A stretch of 64,000 bases of DNA from an uncultured bacterium (GCA_963825135.1 CAWGRW010000009.1:1481410-1545409), one strand, 5' to 3'. Counted from the first letter of the stretch, positions 39,188-51,633 are shown. Numbers and translations: made by a program. Notes: generated by a model from the letters alone, not told the origin.

Positions 39188-39694
39188 ATGGATTACGTCG
39201 TCCTCGCCTTCTACCTGCTAATATCCCTCGCGGGTCTCGTTACCCTCATATTCGGCCTCCCGGGTACTTTCATCATACTCGGAGCCTCTGTCCTCTACGG
39301 CTGGTACGGCGGTTTTCAGGAGATTACCGTCAAAATAATCGTTATTCTGGTAGTTCTCGCGCTCGCCGGGGAGCTTATAGAGCTCCTTCTCGGCATATTG
39401 GGGGCTAAAAAATACGAATCGAGCAACAGGGCCATTGTGGGCTCTATAATCTTCGGCATCATCGGCGCCGTCCTGGGCGCGCCATTTTTTTTCGGCATTG
39501 GGGCTGTCCTGGGCGCGTTTGCGGGGGCTTTCGCCGGGGCGATATTGATCGAGCTCTCGCAGGGAAAAAAGATGGACGAAGCCATCAAATCTGGCTGGGG
39601 GGCGTTCCTGGGCAGGGTCGCCGGGACCATTTCAAAGGGCGCCCTGGGAATAGCGATGATAGCAATAACCGTGACGGCCGTGCTCAAAAATTAA
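39188..39694 (+). CDS. DUF456-family small membrane protein
   Basis: 168 aa, 4 Gly/Ala-rich TM helices with the pattern typical of DUF456. Confidence 0.55.
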   Translation: MDYVVLAFYLLISLAGLVTLIFGLPGTFIILGASVLYGWYGGFQEITVKIIVILVVLALAGELIELLLGILGAKKYESSNRAIVGSIIFGIIGAVLGAPFFFGIGAVLGAFAGAFAGAILIELSQGKKMDEAIKSGWGAFLGRVAGTISKGALGIAMIAITVTAVLKN

Positions 39695-39783
39695 TACACG
39701 ACTATCATTCGTCGGTCGGTATAGATGTAAATTCTCGTTATGGTAGATTATTCTCCGGATTTCGATGATTTTGGCGGAGCGAA

Positions 39784-40806
39784 TTGATGATAGATATGCT
39801 CGAAGAGGTTAAAAAACAGGCGGAAGCCGAGCTCAGTTCGGTAAGCGACGAGATATCTCTGCAGAACCTCAAGGCCAAATTCGTCGGCAGGAAGGGGGTT
39901 ATCACAGAGATATTAAAGGGCATGAAGGATATACCCGACTCCGACCGACCGCGCATGGGGAAGCTCATAAACGAGACCAAGACCTTCGTCGAGGACCTCA
40001 TCGACGGCAGGCTTAACGAGATCAGGGACGAGAAGAAGAGACGCTCCCTCTTTGAGGAGAAAATAGACGTCACGCTTCCGGGTAGGGGAATGCCGATAGG
40101 GGCGAGACACCCCATAACTCAGGTCATGGAGGAGATAATAGCGATCTTCGAGAGAATGGGGTTCGAGGTCGCCGAAGGCCCCGAGGTCGAGACCGACTAC
40201 TATAACTTCGAGGCGCTCAATATTCCCAAGAACCACCCGGCGCGGGACATGCAGGACACATTCTATATTTCCGACGATATAGTCCTCAGGACACACACCT
40301 CCCCCGTTCAGATACGAGTCATGGAAAAGCGGAAGCCTCCGGTGAAAATTATCGCCCCCGGGAAGGTGTACAGGTGCGATAGCGATATATCGCACACGCC
40401 TATGTTCCACCAGATAGAGGGGCTCCTCGTCGACGAGGGGGTAACTTTCGGGGACCTGAAGGGGGTGCTGACCGAGTTCGTGAGGCTCGTCTTCGGAGAG
40501 GGCGTGGGGGTCAGGTTCAGGCCGAGCTTCTTCCCGTTCACGGAGCCGAGCGCGGAAGTCGACATAGCGTGCCTCATATGCGGGGGGAAGGGGTGCAGGG
40601 TGTGCAAGAACACCGGCTGGCTCGAGATTCTGGGCTCCGGCATGGTCGACCCGGAGGTCTTCAAGAGCGTGGGTTACGACCCCGATAAATACTCGGGCTT
40701 CGCTTTCGGCATGGGGATCGAAAGGATAACCATGCTCAAATTCGGCATCAACGACATAAGGCTCTTCTTCGAGAACGACCTCCGTTTCCTAAGGCAGTTC
40801 ACCTGA
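39784..40806 (+). CDS. pheS: Phenylalanine--tRNA ligase alpha subunit
   Basis: Class II aaRS motifs (…FRPSFFPFTEPSAEVDI…, …GSGMVDPEVF…, …GFAFGMGIERITMLKFGI…). 340 aa. No pheT follows. Confidence 0.9.
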   Translation: MMIDMLEEVKKQAEAELSSVSDEISLQNLKAKFVGRKGVITEILKGMKDIPDSDRPRMGKLINETKTFVEDLIDGRLNEIRDEKKRRSLFEEKIDVTLPGRGMPIGARHPITQVMEEIIAIFERMGFEVAEGPEVETDYYNFEALNIPKNHPARDMQDTFYISDDIVLRTHTSPVQIRVMEKRKPPVKIIAPGKVYRCDSDISHTPMFHQIEGLLVDEGVTFGDLKGVLTEFVRLVFGEGVGVRFRPSFFPFTEPSAEVDIACLICGGKGCRVCKNTGWLEILGSGMVDPEVFKSVGYDPDKYSGFAFGMGIERITMLKFGINDIRLFFENDLRFLRQFT

Positions 40807-40826
40807 TCGGACTCTTAGCACCTAAT

Positions 40827-40950
40827 ATTTGTCACTGCGAGCGTAGCGCGGCAATCTCATCACTTTCTCGTTTCATTTTTGTCATCCTGAACTCGTTTCA
40901 GGATCTGATCTTTTAAGTTTTGTCATTCCCGAATGTCTTTATCGGGAATC
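40827..40950 (+). repeat. Tandem array of three REP-like hairpin repeats, each TTTGTCA[C/T] plus an 8-bp-stem palindrome
   Basis: Units begin at about 40828, 40878 and 40919. Unit 2 is ATCCTGAA-ctcgt-TTCAGGAT and unit 3 is ATTCCCGA-atgtcttta-TCGGGAAT; unit 1 is degenerate. Confidence 0.6.
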
Positions 40951-40997
40951 CATTCTTATCCTTTAACGCCACCTCTTATATGTGGATGCGTGGGAGT

Positions 40998-41051
40998 GGG
41001 GGGTACGTTAAATTCCCCCCAATTGAGTTAAATCCCCGTCTGTGGTACTAT
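40998..41051 (+). promoter_or_regulatory. G6-N11-C6 hairpin followed by a putative sigma-70 promoter (TTGAGT-17-TACTAT) upstream of dcd
   Basis: GGGGGG-tacgttaaatt-CCCCCC at 40998-41020, then TTGAGT (41023-41028), a 17-nt spacer and TACTAT (41046-41051). The dcd ATG is at 41097. Confidence 0.3.
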
Positions 41052-41096
41052 GCTTTTCCCTAAGCGGTAAAACCCAAATCACCAGGAGTAAGAACA

Positions 41097-41651
41097 ATGG
41101 GAGTCAAGCCCGACCACTGGATCAGAAAGATGGCCAAAGAGCATAAAATGATAGACCCTTTCGTCGACGGGCAGGTGAGGGAGGGCGCTATATCGTACGG
41201 CCTCTCCGCATACGGCTACGACATCAGGGTGAGCGACGAATTCAAGGTATTCACTAACGTGTACAACACCGTAGTCGACCCCAAGGGTTTCGATGAACGA
41301 TCGTTCGTCGAGATTAAATCGGACGTCTGCATGATCCCGCCCAATTCATTCGCGCTCGCGCGGACGGTCGAGTACTTCAGGATACCCAGGAGTACCATCA
41401 CGCTCTGCGTCGGGAAGTCCACATACGCCAGGTGCGGGATTATAGTGAACGTCACCCCGTTCGAGCCCGAATGGGAGGGGTTCGTCACGCTCGAGATCTC
41501 GAACACCACGCCTCTTCCGGCGAAAATATACGCCAACGAGGGCATAGCCCAGGTGCTTTTTTTCGAGGCCGACGAGATGTGCGAGGTCTCTTACGCGGAC
41601 AAGAAGGGGAAATACCAGAAGCAGATGGGGATAACTCCGCCCAGGGTGTGA
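41097..41651 (+). CDS. dcd: dCTP deaminase
   Basis: 184 aa; …[22 protein letters not shown]…, …[31 protein letters not shown]…, typical of Dcd. Confidence 0.9.
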   Translation: MGVKPDHWIRKMAKEHKMIDPFVDGQVREGAISYGLSAYGYDIRVSDEFKVFTNVYNTVVDPKGFDERSFVEIKSDVCMIPPNSFALARTVEYFRIPRSTITLCVGKSTYARCGIIVNVTPFEPEWEGFVTLEISNTTPLPAKIYANEGIAQVLFFEADEMCEVSYADKKGKYQKQMGITPPRV

Positions 41652-41779
41652 TTCGGGCATCCGGAATACCCTGTCCTGACTGGAAAATTAGCATTCCCGG
41701 CTTCCTGCGCCCCGCTTCAGGAATTACTTCGATAAATGTATTAAAACCCCTTGATTTTACTTCCATTTTTTGCCCGTCA

Positions 41780-41788
41780 TGGTATAAT
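41780..41788 (+). promoter_or_regulatory. Extended -10 promoter element (TGgTATAAT) upstream of gyrB
   Basis: Perfect TATAAT with TG at -15/-14, about 50 nt upstream of the gyrB TTG start. GGAGG RBS at about 41824. Confidence 0.35.
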
Positions 41789-41830
41789 ATTATCTCAGAA
41801 ATTTCCCCCCTGCAGGATTTTCGGAGGTAG

Positions 41831-44305
<2,475 letters not shown>

Positions 44306-44335
44306 TCGAAATATCCCCGGGCCGGGACAAACGAA

Positions 44336-44701
44336 ATGTCCGAGTCAGTAAAAAATATAAATAAAATCCCCGTAGAAAAGGTAAGCGCCGGGAGCTCCGC
44401 GTACCGCCAGGTGCTGATCGGCCCCGACGAAGGGCCCAACTTCGCGATGAGACGCTTTATCATGGAGCCGGGCGGCGGCATACCCGCCCACACGAACACC
44501 GTCGAGCACGAGCAGTACGTGCTGCGCGGCCGCGCGCGGATCGGCATTGGCGATAATGTATATGAGGTGAAAGCGGACGACATTCTCTACATCCCCGCCG
44601 GGGTGCCCCACTGGTACGAGGTCCTGGGCGGTGAGAATTTCGAATTCCTCTGCATGGTCCCCAATCGGGACGATCAGATAAAATTAGTCGGAAGCGACTA
44701 A
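44336..44701 (+). CDS. Cupin-domain protein
   Basis: 121 aa; two-His/Glu cupin motifs (…GGGIPAHTNTVEHEQYVLRG…, …ILYIPAGVPHWYE…). Confidence 0.65.
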   Translation: MSESVKNINKIPVEKVSAGSSAYRQVLIGPDEGPNFAMRRFIMEPGGGIPAHTNTVEHEQYVLRGRARIGIGDNVYEVKADDILYIPAGVPHWYEVLGGENFEFLCMVPNRDDQIKLVGSD

Positions 44702-44767
44702 TTTCCTAATTGTTTCCGCAATAATTCATTTACAGTCAAAAGAAATAAGTGCGAACCGGCGGCGTAT

Positions 44768-45835
44768 TTAAACCTTTAAATAGCCGTAGCTCTGGAGGAC
44801 CAGGATAGCGATGCTTACGATTATCAGGTTCGCGACGGCTATAGGAAAGAGCACCTTCCATCCGAGGCTCATCACCTGGTCGTACCTGAACCTCGGCAGC
44901 GTAAACCTCACCCATATGAAGAAGAACAGGAACGCCAGCACCTTCCCCATGAAAACGATAGGAGGGAGGTACCAGTATTTGTCTATGTCGATTCCGAACC
45001 ATCCGCCGAACGGGAGCGGATACCACCCGCCGAAGAATAGCGCTACGGCCAGGCACGAGACCACTATCATGTGCGTGTACTCGGCCATGAAGAACATCGC
45101 GAATTTCATGCTGCTGTACTCCGTGTGATAACCCGCCACTATCTCGGGCTCCGCTTCCGGCATGTCGAACGGCAGCCGGTTCGTCTCTGCGAACGCAGCG
45201 GCCAGGAATACGATGCAGCCGAGTACCTGCGGGACCGCGAACCAGCACCTCGACTGCGCTTCTATTATGTCCTCGAGCCTGAGCGACCCCGTCCAGGCTA
45301 TGACGCCCACGATGGATAAACCCATGGCGAGCTCGTAGCTTATCATCTGCGCCGCGCCGCGGAGACCCCCCAGGAAAGAGTACTTGCTGTTGGATGCCCA
45401 CCCCCCGAGCACTACTCCGTAAACGCTGAGCGACCCTATCGCGAGCACGTAGAGGATACCGACATTTAAGTCCGCTATCTGGAGCTTGACGAAAATGGGC
45501 TCGCTCAGGAGGCCCAGTATCGTCGTATAAAATCCCCTGCCGATCGGTACTACGGCGAGCGCTATGAGGGCCGTGATGAGTGCGAACGCGGGCGCCGCGA
45601 TAAAAAAGGGCTTATTCGCGTGGTTCGGTATTATGTCTTCCTTGAATATGAACTTGACGCCGTCCGCGAGAGGCTGGAGTAATCCGAACGGTCCCACGCG
45701 GTTAGGGCCGAGTCTGTCCTGAATGAACGCGCTTACCCTCCGCTCTGCGAGCGTGAGGTAGGCGACGAGCGTAAGCACGACGAAGAATAAGAGAGCTATT
45801 TTTACGAGTGAGATTCCGAGTTCTACCCAGACCAT
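44768..45835 (-). CDS. nuoH: NADH-quinone oxidoreductase subunit H (ND1/NuoH family)
   Basis: 355 aa, 8 TM helices, conserved NuoH regions (…ERRVSAFIQDRLGPNRVGPFGLLQPLADGVKF…, …YELAMGLSIVGV…). Could alternatively be the H-like subunit of a related energy-converting complex. Confidence 0.85.
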   Translation of the reverse strand: MVWVELGISLVKIALLFFVVLTLVAYLTLAERRVSAFIQDRLGPNRVGPFGLLQPLADGVKFIFKEDIIPNHANKPFFIAAPAFALITALIALAVVPIGRGFYTTILGLLSEPIFVKLQIADLNVGILYVLAIGSLSVYGVVLGGWASNSKYSFLGGLRGAAQMISYELAMGLSIVGVIAWTGSLRLEDIIEAQSRCWFAVPQVLGCIVFLAAAFAETNRLPFDMPEAEPEIVAGYHTEYSSMKFAMFFMAEYTHMIVVSCLAVALFFGGWYPLPFGGWFGIDIDKYWYLPPIVFMGKVLAFLFFFIWVRFTLPRFRYDQVMSLGWKVLFPIAVANLIIVSIAILVLQSYGYLKV

Positions 45836-45858
45836 ATCTGTTCCCTGTCAGCGGTTCG

Positions 45859-47454
45859 TCAGACCCTGTCCCTGCCCAGCACGCCTATGTTTTCGTAGTT
45901 GATACCGCCGTAGGAAGGGACGTGAGCCGCTATGTCGAGCATTATTTCCGAAGGAGCCTCGTATTGGAAGCCGGCCGGCTCTATGGCGCCGCCTATGAGC
46001 GAGAGTATTTCCCAATCCGGCCTCGCAGTCCCCGGAGGCGGTATCGCCCGCCCGGCCCTCTGTACCCTTCCCCTGTCGTTTGTGAACGTGCCCTCCCTTT
46101 CGTAGGGGCTTGCGCCCGGGAGTATTACGTGAGCCAGTTTTACGGTTTCCGTGAGCCTGTAATCCTGCACTACCAGGAGCGATAGTCCGGCGAGCGCTTC
46201 CTTAAGTCTCGGGTGCCGCTCGGCCGCCGTAATCTTAAAGAGATCGTCCCCGGCGACATATAGCGCCCCGACGCCGCCGTCTAATATCGATTGTATAAGT
46301 TCTTCTATCCTTTCCGGGCCGGCGGCTATTCCCAGGTCCTTTACCCCCGCGCTGTTGGGATGCGGGTCCCCGCTTATCAGGCCGTGGAGCTTTTGAGCGC
46401 CCGGGTCGCCCGTGTTCGAGTACACCCTCTCCGTATTAAGCGCCGAGGCGATTTTCTTCAGCAGGTAAAGCTCCTCGTTCGTTAGCGTGGGCGATCCTAA
46501 AAGAGCGATTGAACTGGGCAACGTTTCCCGCGCCTTCATGAGGCCCGACGACGCGGCGTCCACGGCGTCCTTCCAGTCCGATATTTGAAACCCCTCGCCT
46601 TTTCTCACGATCGGGTCTTTCAGGCGCACTGTACCCTCCTGAATGTCCCTGAAACCGTACCTTCCCCTGTCGCATATCCAATATTCGTTCACGTCCATAT
46701 TCGTTCGCGGCCTTACCCTCGACACCTCTCCCTTACGCGGGTCGACGCCGACTGTAATATTGCATCCGTTACTGCAGAGCGTGCAGACGCTGTCCGTGAA
46801 TTTCCAGTACCAGACCCTCTCCTCGTGAAGGGTGTCCTTGTTGAGGAGCGCCCCTACGGGGCAGAGGTCCGTAACATTTCCCGAGAGCTCGTTGTCGAGG
46901 TTCTGACCCGGGAAGACGACGATCTTTTTCCTGAAACCCCTGCCGTCGAATCCAAGCTCCCCGGTTTTCGTGATTTCGTCTGTAAACCTGACGCACCTGG
47001 TGCACATGATGCACCGGTTCGGGTCATAGAGTATCCTGTCGCTGAGGTAGTATTTCCGTCTGACCTTTTTCTCTTCCGGCCCTTCGAACCTGCTGTGTCC
47101 CGGCCCGTGCTTGACCGTAGTGAGCTGGAGCGGGCATTCCCCGCCCTTATCGCATATGGGGCAGTCGAGGGGGTGATTGATGAGAGTGAATTCTACTGTC
47201 GCCCTTCTGGCTTTTATCGCCTTATCGGTATTGGTTTTGACTATCAGGCCCTCTCTGACAAAAGTATTGCAGGCGGGCATGACCTTCGGGACCCCCTCCA
47301 CCTCGACGAGACATTGCCGGCACTGAGCCACGACGCTCAAGGCCGGGTGGTAGCAAAAATGCGGGACTTCGATGCCGACCCGTGAAGCCGCCTGTATCAG
47401 GTTGAGGCCGTCTTCGACTTCTATTTCGATTCCGTCTATCGTGAGTTTAGGCAT
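45859..47454 (-). CDS. nuoG: NADH dehydrogenase 75-kDa subunit NuoG-like (short form)
   Basis: N-terminal 2Fe-2S ferredoxin fold (MPKLTIDGIEIEV…CYHPALSVVAQCRQCLVEV), HPLDCPICDKGGECPLQ, and 4Fe-4S motifs (CIMCTRCVRF, CTLCSNGCN). Start set at MPKLTIDG, internal to the track ORF. Confidence 0.8.
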   Translation of the reverse strand: MPKLTIDGIEIEVEDGLNLIQAASRVGIEVPHFCYHPALSVVAQCRQCLVEVEGVPKVMPACNTFVREGLIVKTNTDKAIKARRATVEFTLINHPLDCPICDKGGECPLQLTTVKHGPGHSRFEGPEEKKVRRKYYLSDRILYDPNRCIMCTRCVRFTDEITKTGELGFDGRGFRKKIVVFPGQNLDNELSGNVTDLCPVGALLNKDTLHEERVWYWKFTDSVCTLCSNGCNITVGVDPRKGEVSRVRPRTNMDVNEYWICDRGRYGFRDIQEGTVRLKDPIVRKGEGFQISDWKDAVDAASSGLMKARETLPSSIALLGSPTLTNEELYLLKKIASALNTERVYSNTGDPGAQKLHGLISGDPHPNSAGVKDLGIAAGPERIEELIQSILDGGVGALYVAGDDLFKITAAERHPRLKEALAGLSLLVVQDYRLTETVKLAHVILPGASPYEREGTFTNDRGRVQRAGRAIPPPGTARPDWEILSLIGGAIEPAGFQYEAPSEIMLDIAAHVPSYGGINYENIGVLGRDRV

Positions 47455-47684
47455 AGGAAATTCGGTTAAGCGAGAGTCGGGAAAAATATTATCTGACGGG
47501 AGGTGCCTTAGCAAGTTATGCGTGGAATATGGAAGATTTACAGCCGTATAAGCCTATCTGCGGAGTGAGAGCGATTTGCCTCCCGATGAAGGAAAACGAT
47601 TCCATCCGATGTCGCAAGAGCGCGCGTCCCCGTCATTTGTATCGAGAGGGCGGGGGGCATGTGTTATAATTCACAGGATAGGCT

Positions 47685-50600
47685 ATGCGTTCGAAAGTCC
47701 TAAAACCTATATTTATATTTCTTCTGTTGCTGCTTTTATTGTCCGCTGTAATCGTTCTAATAATTCAGACCCATTACTTCAGGCAGTTCGTCAAGATCAC
47801 GACCAACGCCATCGTCAGCACCCTTACGGCCCAGGATTTCACAATCGGGAGCATTGAAGGCAATTTTCTTAAAGGCATGACCCTCAGGAACGTTTCTTTC
47901 CAAATAGGGAAAGAGAAGTTCGTCGATTGCGACGAGATTTACATAGATTACTCCCTCCCCCTTATACTCGACGGCTCGATGCTCTTCAGCAAGGTGATCC
48001 CGCTTCACGAAGTCAGGATGACGGGTATCCGGATAAATCTTGTCCATTACAAGGACGATACATGGAATTTTCAGGAGTTTCAGAAGTTAATGATGAAAGA
48101 AAAAAGGCCTAACCCCGACTGGAACATCTTTATCCAGAACGGTTCTATCGTGGACGCGGAAATGACGATCGAGGACGAGGCCAGGGGGGAGAACTCGATC
48201 TTCGAGCTGTCGAATGCGGATTTATCCTTGAACATGTTCAAGATAGCCGACAAAGCGGAGCTTGATCTTCGTGACGCTCATCTGACGGTCGCCTACGAAA
48301 GCATGAATTATGAAAAACTGTATTTTGAAAACATAAAGGGCAAGGCCGTATATTCGAACAAGGAGCTGCCCGATAAGTTCGATGTCGAGAGCCTCGTTTT
48401 CAATTATCTGGGCGCGGCGGTTTCGGGAAAGGGGACCATAATCAATATGATGGACCCGAAGTTTAGCCTGAAGGGGGTCATAAACGGTATCGACATCCCC
48501 GACGTCGGGACCCTCAACCTCGATATTGAGGCGCAGGGTAGTTCCTTTCAATGGAGGGATTTGCACGCTACGGGGAAGATGAGGCTCAGGGACTCTTCGG
48601 CGCTGCAGAGCGGTCTCACGGGCGGGGTCGAGTCGGTCGCCGTGGAGAACACGCACGTAGCATTAAATAAAGGCAGCCTGAGCGCAAGCTTCGGGGACGC
48701 GTCGTTTGACGGAACCATCGATCTTCTGGAGATGAGCGACAGGGCAAAGTATAACCTGGCGGACATACGGCTCGACCTCCGGTCTCTCAAGGTCCCACGG
48801 GTCCTGGAGCTTGTGGAGAAAAGAAACGGTCCTCTCGGCGAGGGTATCAACAAAAATATAGACGCGGTTATCAATTCGAAGCTGAAAGTTACAGCCGGAT
48901 GGAGCAGGTCCCGCGAGTTTACAGCCGGGCTGGATATAGGCGAAATGAGCTTAACCGGCGGAGGGGTCGGGGAGATCAAGCTAAAAGGCCCTGTATCGCT
49001 CGCGGGCTCGAAAATAGATTACGATCTGGACGCGGGCTTCCTCAAGACGAATTTCGCTCCCTTGCTTAATGATGAAAAGTACAGGAGCGATTTTAATTCG
49101 GATCTCAAGATTAAAGGGTCTTTGAGCACCGCCGAGGTCTTTCCCAAGGGCTTTGAGGTTGCGTTGCGCGGCGAGGCGGGGGCTTCAAAGATATTCGACC
49201 TGAATCTAAAAAGAGCAGTCGTGGATACGAGTTATAACGGAACATCGATCGATATCAGATCCCTTGTCCTGGAGTCCGAGCCCTTTAGCATGAATGCATC
49301 CGGCCGGCTCGGCAGCACCGGCGGAGAAGGCGTCAAGTACGAGATAAACGTAAAGAACCTCAATTTCCTCTCGAAACTCGCGCCCGCTCATCATGTCGGG
49401 GGGAGCCTCGGCCTCAGCGGCCGCATCGAGGGGAGTTTTCAGAACCCTAACATCATCGTTGACGTCACAGGCTCGGATATTACGTATGAGGAAATGCGGT
49501 TGAGGATGAAGAAGATCGAATTGAGCGCGCGCAGCTTTCTCGATATCAACGACCTGAAATTCAAAGCGGCCGCGGAAGTGAAGGGGATAGACGTGCAGGG
49601 CAGGGAAATCCAGACGGTCAATTTCAAGGCCGGGAGCAGAGGCGGCGAAATAGACGGGACGTTCGACGTACAGGAAACCGCGAAAAGGAAATATTCCTTT
49701 GATTTTAATATCAGGGATCTCGGCAAAGAGGAAACGAAGCTTGAGCTGGATAATGTCGTCATGAATTTCAGAAATGCCGTTTTTAAAAACCGTAAGCCCG
49801 TTCTTATTTCATTGTTCAAGGATAGAGTGAAGGTGAGTTCCTTCAACCTGTATCATAAAGATAACTTTATGGTCGGGGATCTCGTTCTCGGTTTCGACGA
49901 GAGCGTGGACGGATCGGTCAGGCTCGAAAAATTAAGCCTCCTCGACGCATCCGAGCTGTTGGGCATAGAATTCCCGGTAAAGGGCCAGATGACGGGAGAA
50001 ATAAAATTAGGTTCTTCGCTCAAGCATCCGGACTTGAGGGCCGATATCATGGTGAAGAACCTCGAGTATATGAAATTCAAGAGCGACGAGCTCAAGCTCT
50101 CGTTCTTTTTCTCCGATAATAAAATGGGCCTCGATTTGAAGATATGGGGCGGAAAGGAAGAGATCCTTTCCGCGGTTTGTGACGCGAAGCTGAATTTCGA
50201 TCCCGAGAATATCGATAAAAGCATCAGAGAGGCCGAGTATAGAGCGGTAATAAAATCGAAGGGAGTCGATATAAGCCCGCTGGCCATCTTCAATGAAGAG
50301 ATTCAGGAAATAAACGGGAAGCTTCTAGTGGACATCGTCGCCGAGGGAACGGGGGTCGATCCCAACGTCACCGGCAGTCTCGAGCTCCGGGATATGACTA
50401 TGAAGATACTGGCGCTGCGTAATAAAATTCACATAGATAAGGCGATCATGGATATGACCGGGAAATACGGAAAGCTCCGCCCCGCCATAATCGATACAGG
50501 CGGGGGAGAAGGGGTCTTCGAGGGCAGCGTAGATTTCCGGGACCTCTCATACACGGGTAAGGGGAAAATGTCCGGCCTGCTCGTAAAAACATATCCGGCT

Positions 50601-51578
50601 GAAGTTACCGCGAACCTCGACGGCGATCTGGAGGTGCAGGGGAAATTCATGAACGCGTCGATTAAAGGGAGCATCACGGCGAACAATGTCAAAGTCACTG
50701 TACCCGACAAACCCCTTAAGGAGATCGAGAACATAAAATTTATCGACGAAAAAGATGCGGACAAGGAAGAGTTCATATTCACAGGAGAGAAAAAAGAGGA
50801 TTTTGTCGAGGAGTACATTGCGCTTGACCTCAGCCTCGATATTCCCAAGGAATCGCGGGTAAAGGGCGCGGGTGCGAACATCGAGGTCGAAGGGAAGCTC
50901 GACGTCGATAAGAACTATAATGAGCCTTACACCATCTCGGGGAATATTGATGTCATAAGAGGTGATTACCAGTTCATGGGCAGGCTCTTCAAGATTGAGA
51001 ACGGTACGGTGAGCTTCAGAGGGAAGGATATCGCGGATCCGTTCCTCGACCTGCGCGCGACGTATGAGGTATCGGGCGTGGAGGTCTATATTAACATCAC
51101 GGGCACTGCGGAGAAACCGAGGATTCAGCTTTCGAGCGACCCTCCGCTCGATGAAAACGAAATAGTGTCCTATCTCGTGTTCGGCACTTCGTCGGAGACG
51201 CTCGGTACGGACGAGAGGGTGCAAATTCAGGAGAAAGCGGGAGAGGTTTTGGGCACGATGGCGGTGGGCGAGCTGAGGGAAGCCCTCGGCGAAGAGCTTG
51301 CCATAGACGTGATGACCATCAAGGGCGGCCAGACCGGGTTCAGGGACACTCACCTCGAGATAGGCAAATATCTGACAGACGACCTCTACATAGGGTATGA
51401 GCGGTTGTCTTATGAAAGGTATTTCTACGAGCGTTATTTCTTCAGTCCGGGTCTTCCTTCGTCCACAGTCACGGCCAACAGGGCCGTCATCGAATACAGG
51501 GTGTTCGATTTCCTGACGCTCGAGAGCGAGATAGGCGAGCAGGCGGGAGCCGACGTCTTTTTCAATTTCGACTATTGA
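47685..51578 (+). CDS. tamB: Translocation and assembly module subunit TamB-like (AsmA family, C-terminal DUF490)
   Basis: 1297 aa; N-terminal TM helix (PIFIFLLLLLLLSAVIVLII); C-terminal DUF490 signature (…GNIDVIRGDYQFMGRLFKIENGTVSFRG…DPFLDLRATYEVSGVEVYINITGTAEKPRIQLSSDPPLDENEIVSYLVFG…). No tamA adjacent. Confidence 0.8.
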   Translation: MRSKVLKPIFIFLLLLLLLSAVIVLIIQTHYFRQFVKITTNAIVSTLTAQDFTIGSIEGNFLKGMTLRNVSFQIGKEKFVDCDEIYIDYSLPLILDGSMLFSKVIPLHEVRMTGIRINLVHYKDDTWNFQEFQKLMMKEKRPNPDWNIFIQNGSIVDAEMTIEDEARGENSIFELSNADLSLNMFKIADKAELDLRDAHLTVAYESMNYEKLYFENIKGKAVYSNKELPDKFDVESLVFNYLGAAVSGKGTIINMMDPKFSLKGVINGIDIPDVGTLNLDIEAQGSSFQWRDLHATGKMRLRDSSALQSGLTGGVESVAVENTHVALNKGSLSASFGDASFDGTIDLLEMSDRAKYNLADIRLDLRSLKVPRVLELVEKRNGPLGEGINKNIDAVINSKLKVTAGWSRSREFTAGLDIGEMSLTGGGVGEIKLKGPVSLAGSKIDYDLDAGFLKTNFAPLLNDEKYRSDFNSDLKIKGSLSTAEVFPKGFEVALRGEAGASKIFDLNLKRAVVDTSYNGTSIDIRSLVLESEPFSMNASGRLGSTGGEGVKYEINVKNLNFLSKLAPAHHVGGSLGLSGRIEGSFQNPNIIVDVTGSDITYEEMRLRMKKIELSARSFLDINDLKFKAAAEVKGIDVQGREIQTVNFKAGSRGGEIDGTFDVQETAKRKYSFDFNIRDLGKEETKLELDNVVMNFRNAVFKNRKPVLISLFKDRVKVSSFNLYHKDNFMVGDLVLGFDESVDGSVRLEKLSLLDASELLGIEFPVKGQMTGEIKLGSSLKHPDLRADIMVKNLEYMKFKSDELKLSFFFSDNKMGLDLKIWGGKEEILSAVCDAKLNFDPENIDKSIREAEYRAVIKSKGVDISPLAIFNEEIQEINGKLLVDIVAEGTGVDPNVTGSLELRDMTMKILALRNKIHIDKAIMDMTGKYGKLRPAIIDTGGGEGVFEGSVDFRDLSYTGKGKMSGLLVKTYPAEVTANLDGDLEVQGKFMNASIKGSITANNVKVTVPDKPLKEIENIKFIDEKDADKEEFIFTGEKKEDFVEEYIALDLSLDIPKESRVKGAGANIEVEGKLDVDKNYNEPYTISGNIDVIRGDYQFMGRLFKIENGTVSFRGKDIADPFLDLRATYEVSGVEVYINITGTAEKPRIQLSSDPPLDENEIVSYLVFGTSSETLGTDERVQIQEKAGEVLGTMAVGELREALGEELAIDVMTIKGGQTGFRDTHLEIGKYLTDDLYIGYERLSYERYFYERYFFSPGLPSSTVTANRAVIEYRVFDFLTLESEIGEQAGADVFFNFDY

Positions 51579-51633
51579 AGGACTTCTATTCGGCCCCTTA
51601 CGGGTTCAAACCGCGCGTACGATATAATGCGCG

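Noticed and set aside
40827-40950. Possible CRISPR array
   Set aside because: There are only three units and they differ from one another. Each unit is itself a hairpin, with no unique spacers of uniform length. No cas genes are nearby. This fits a REP/MITE-like repeat, not a CRISPR array.
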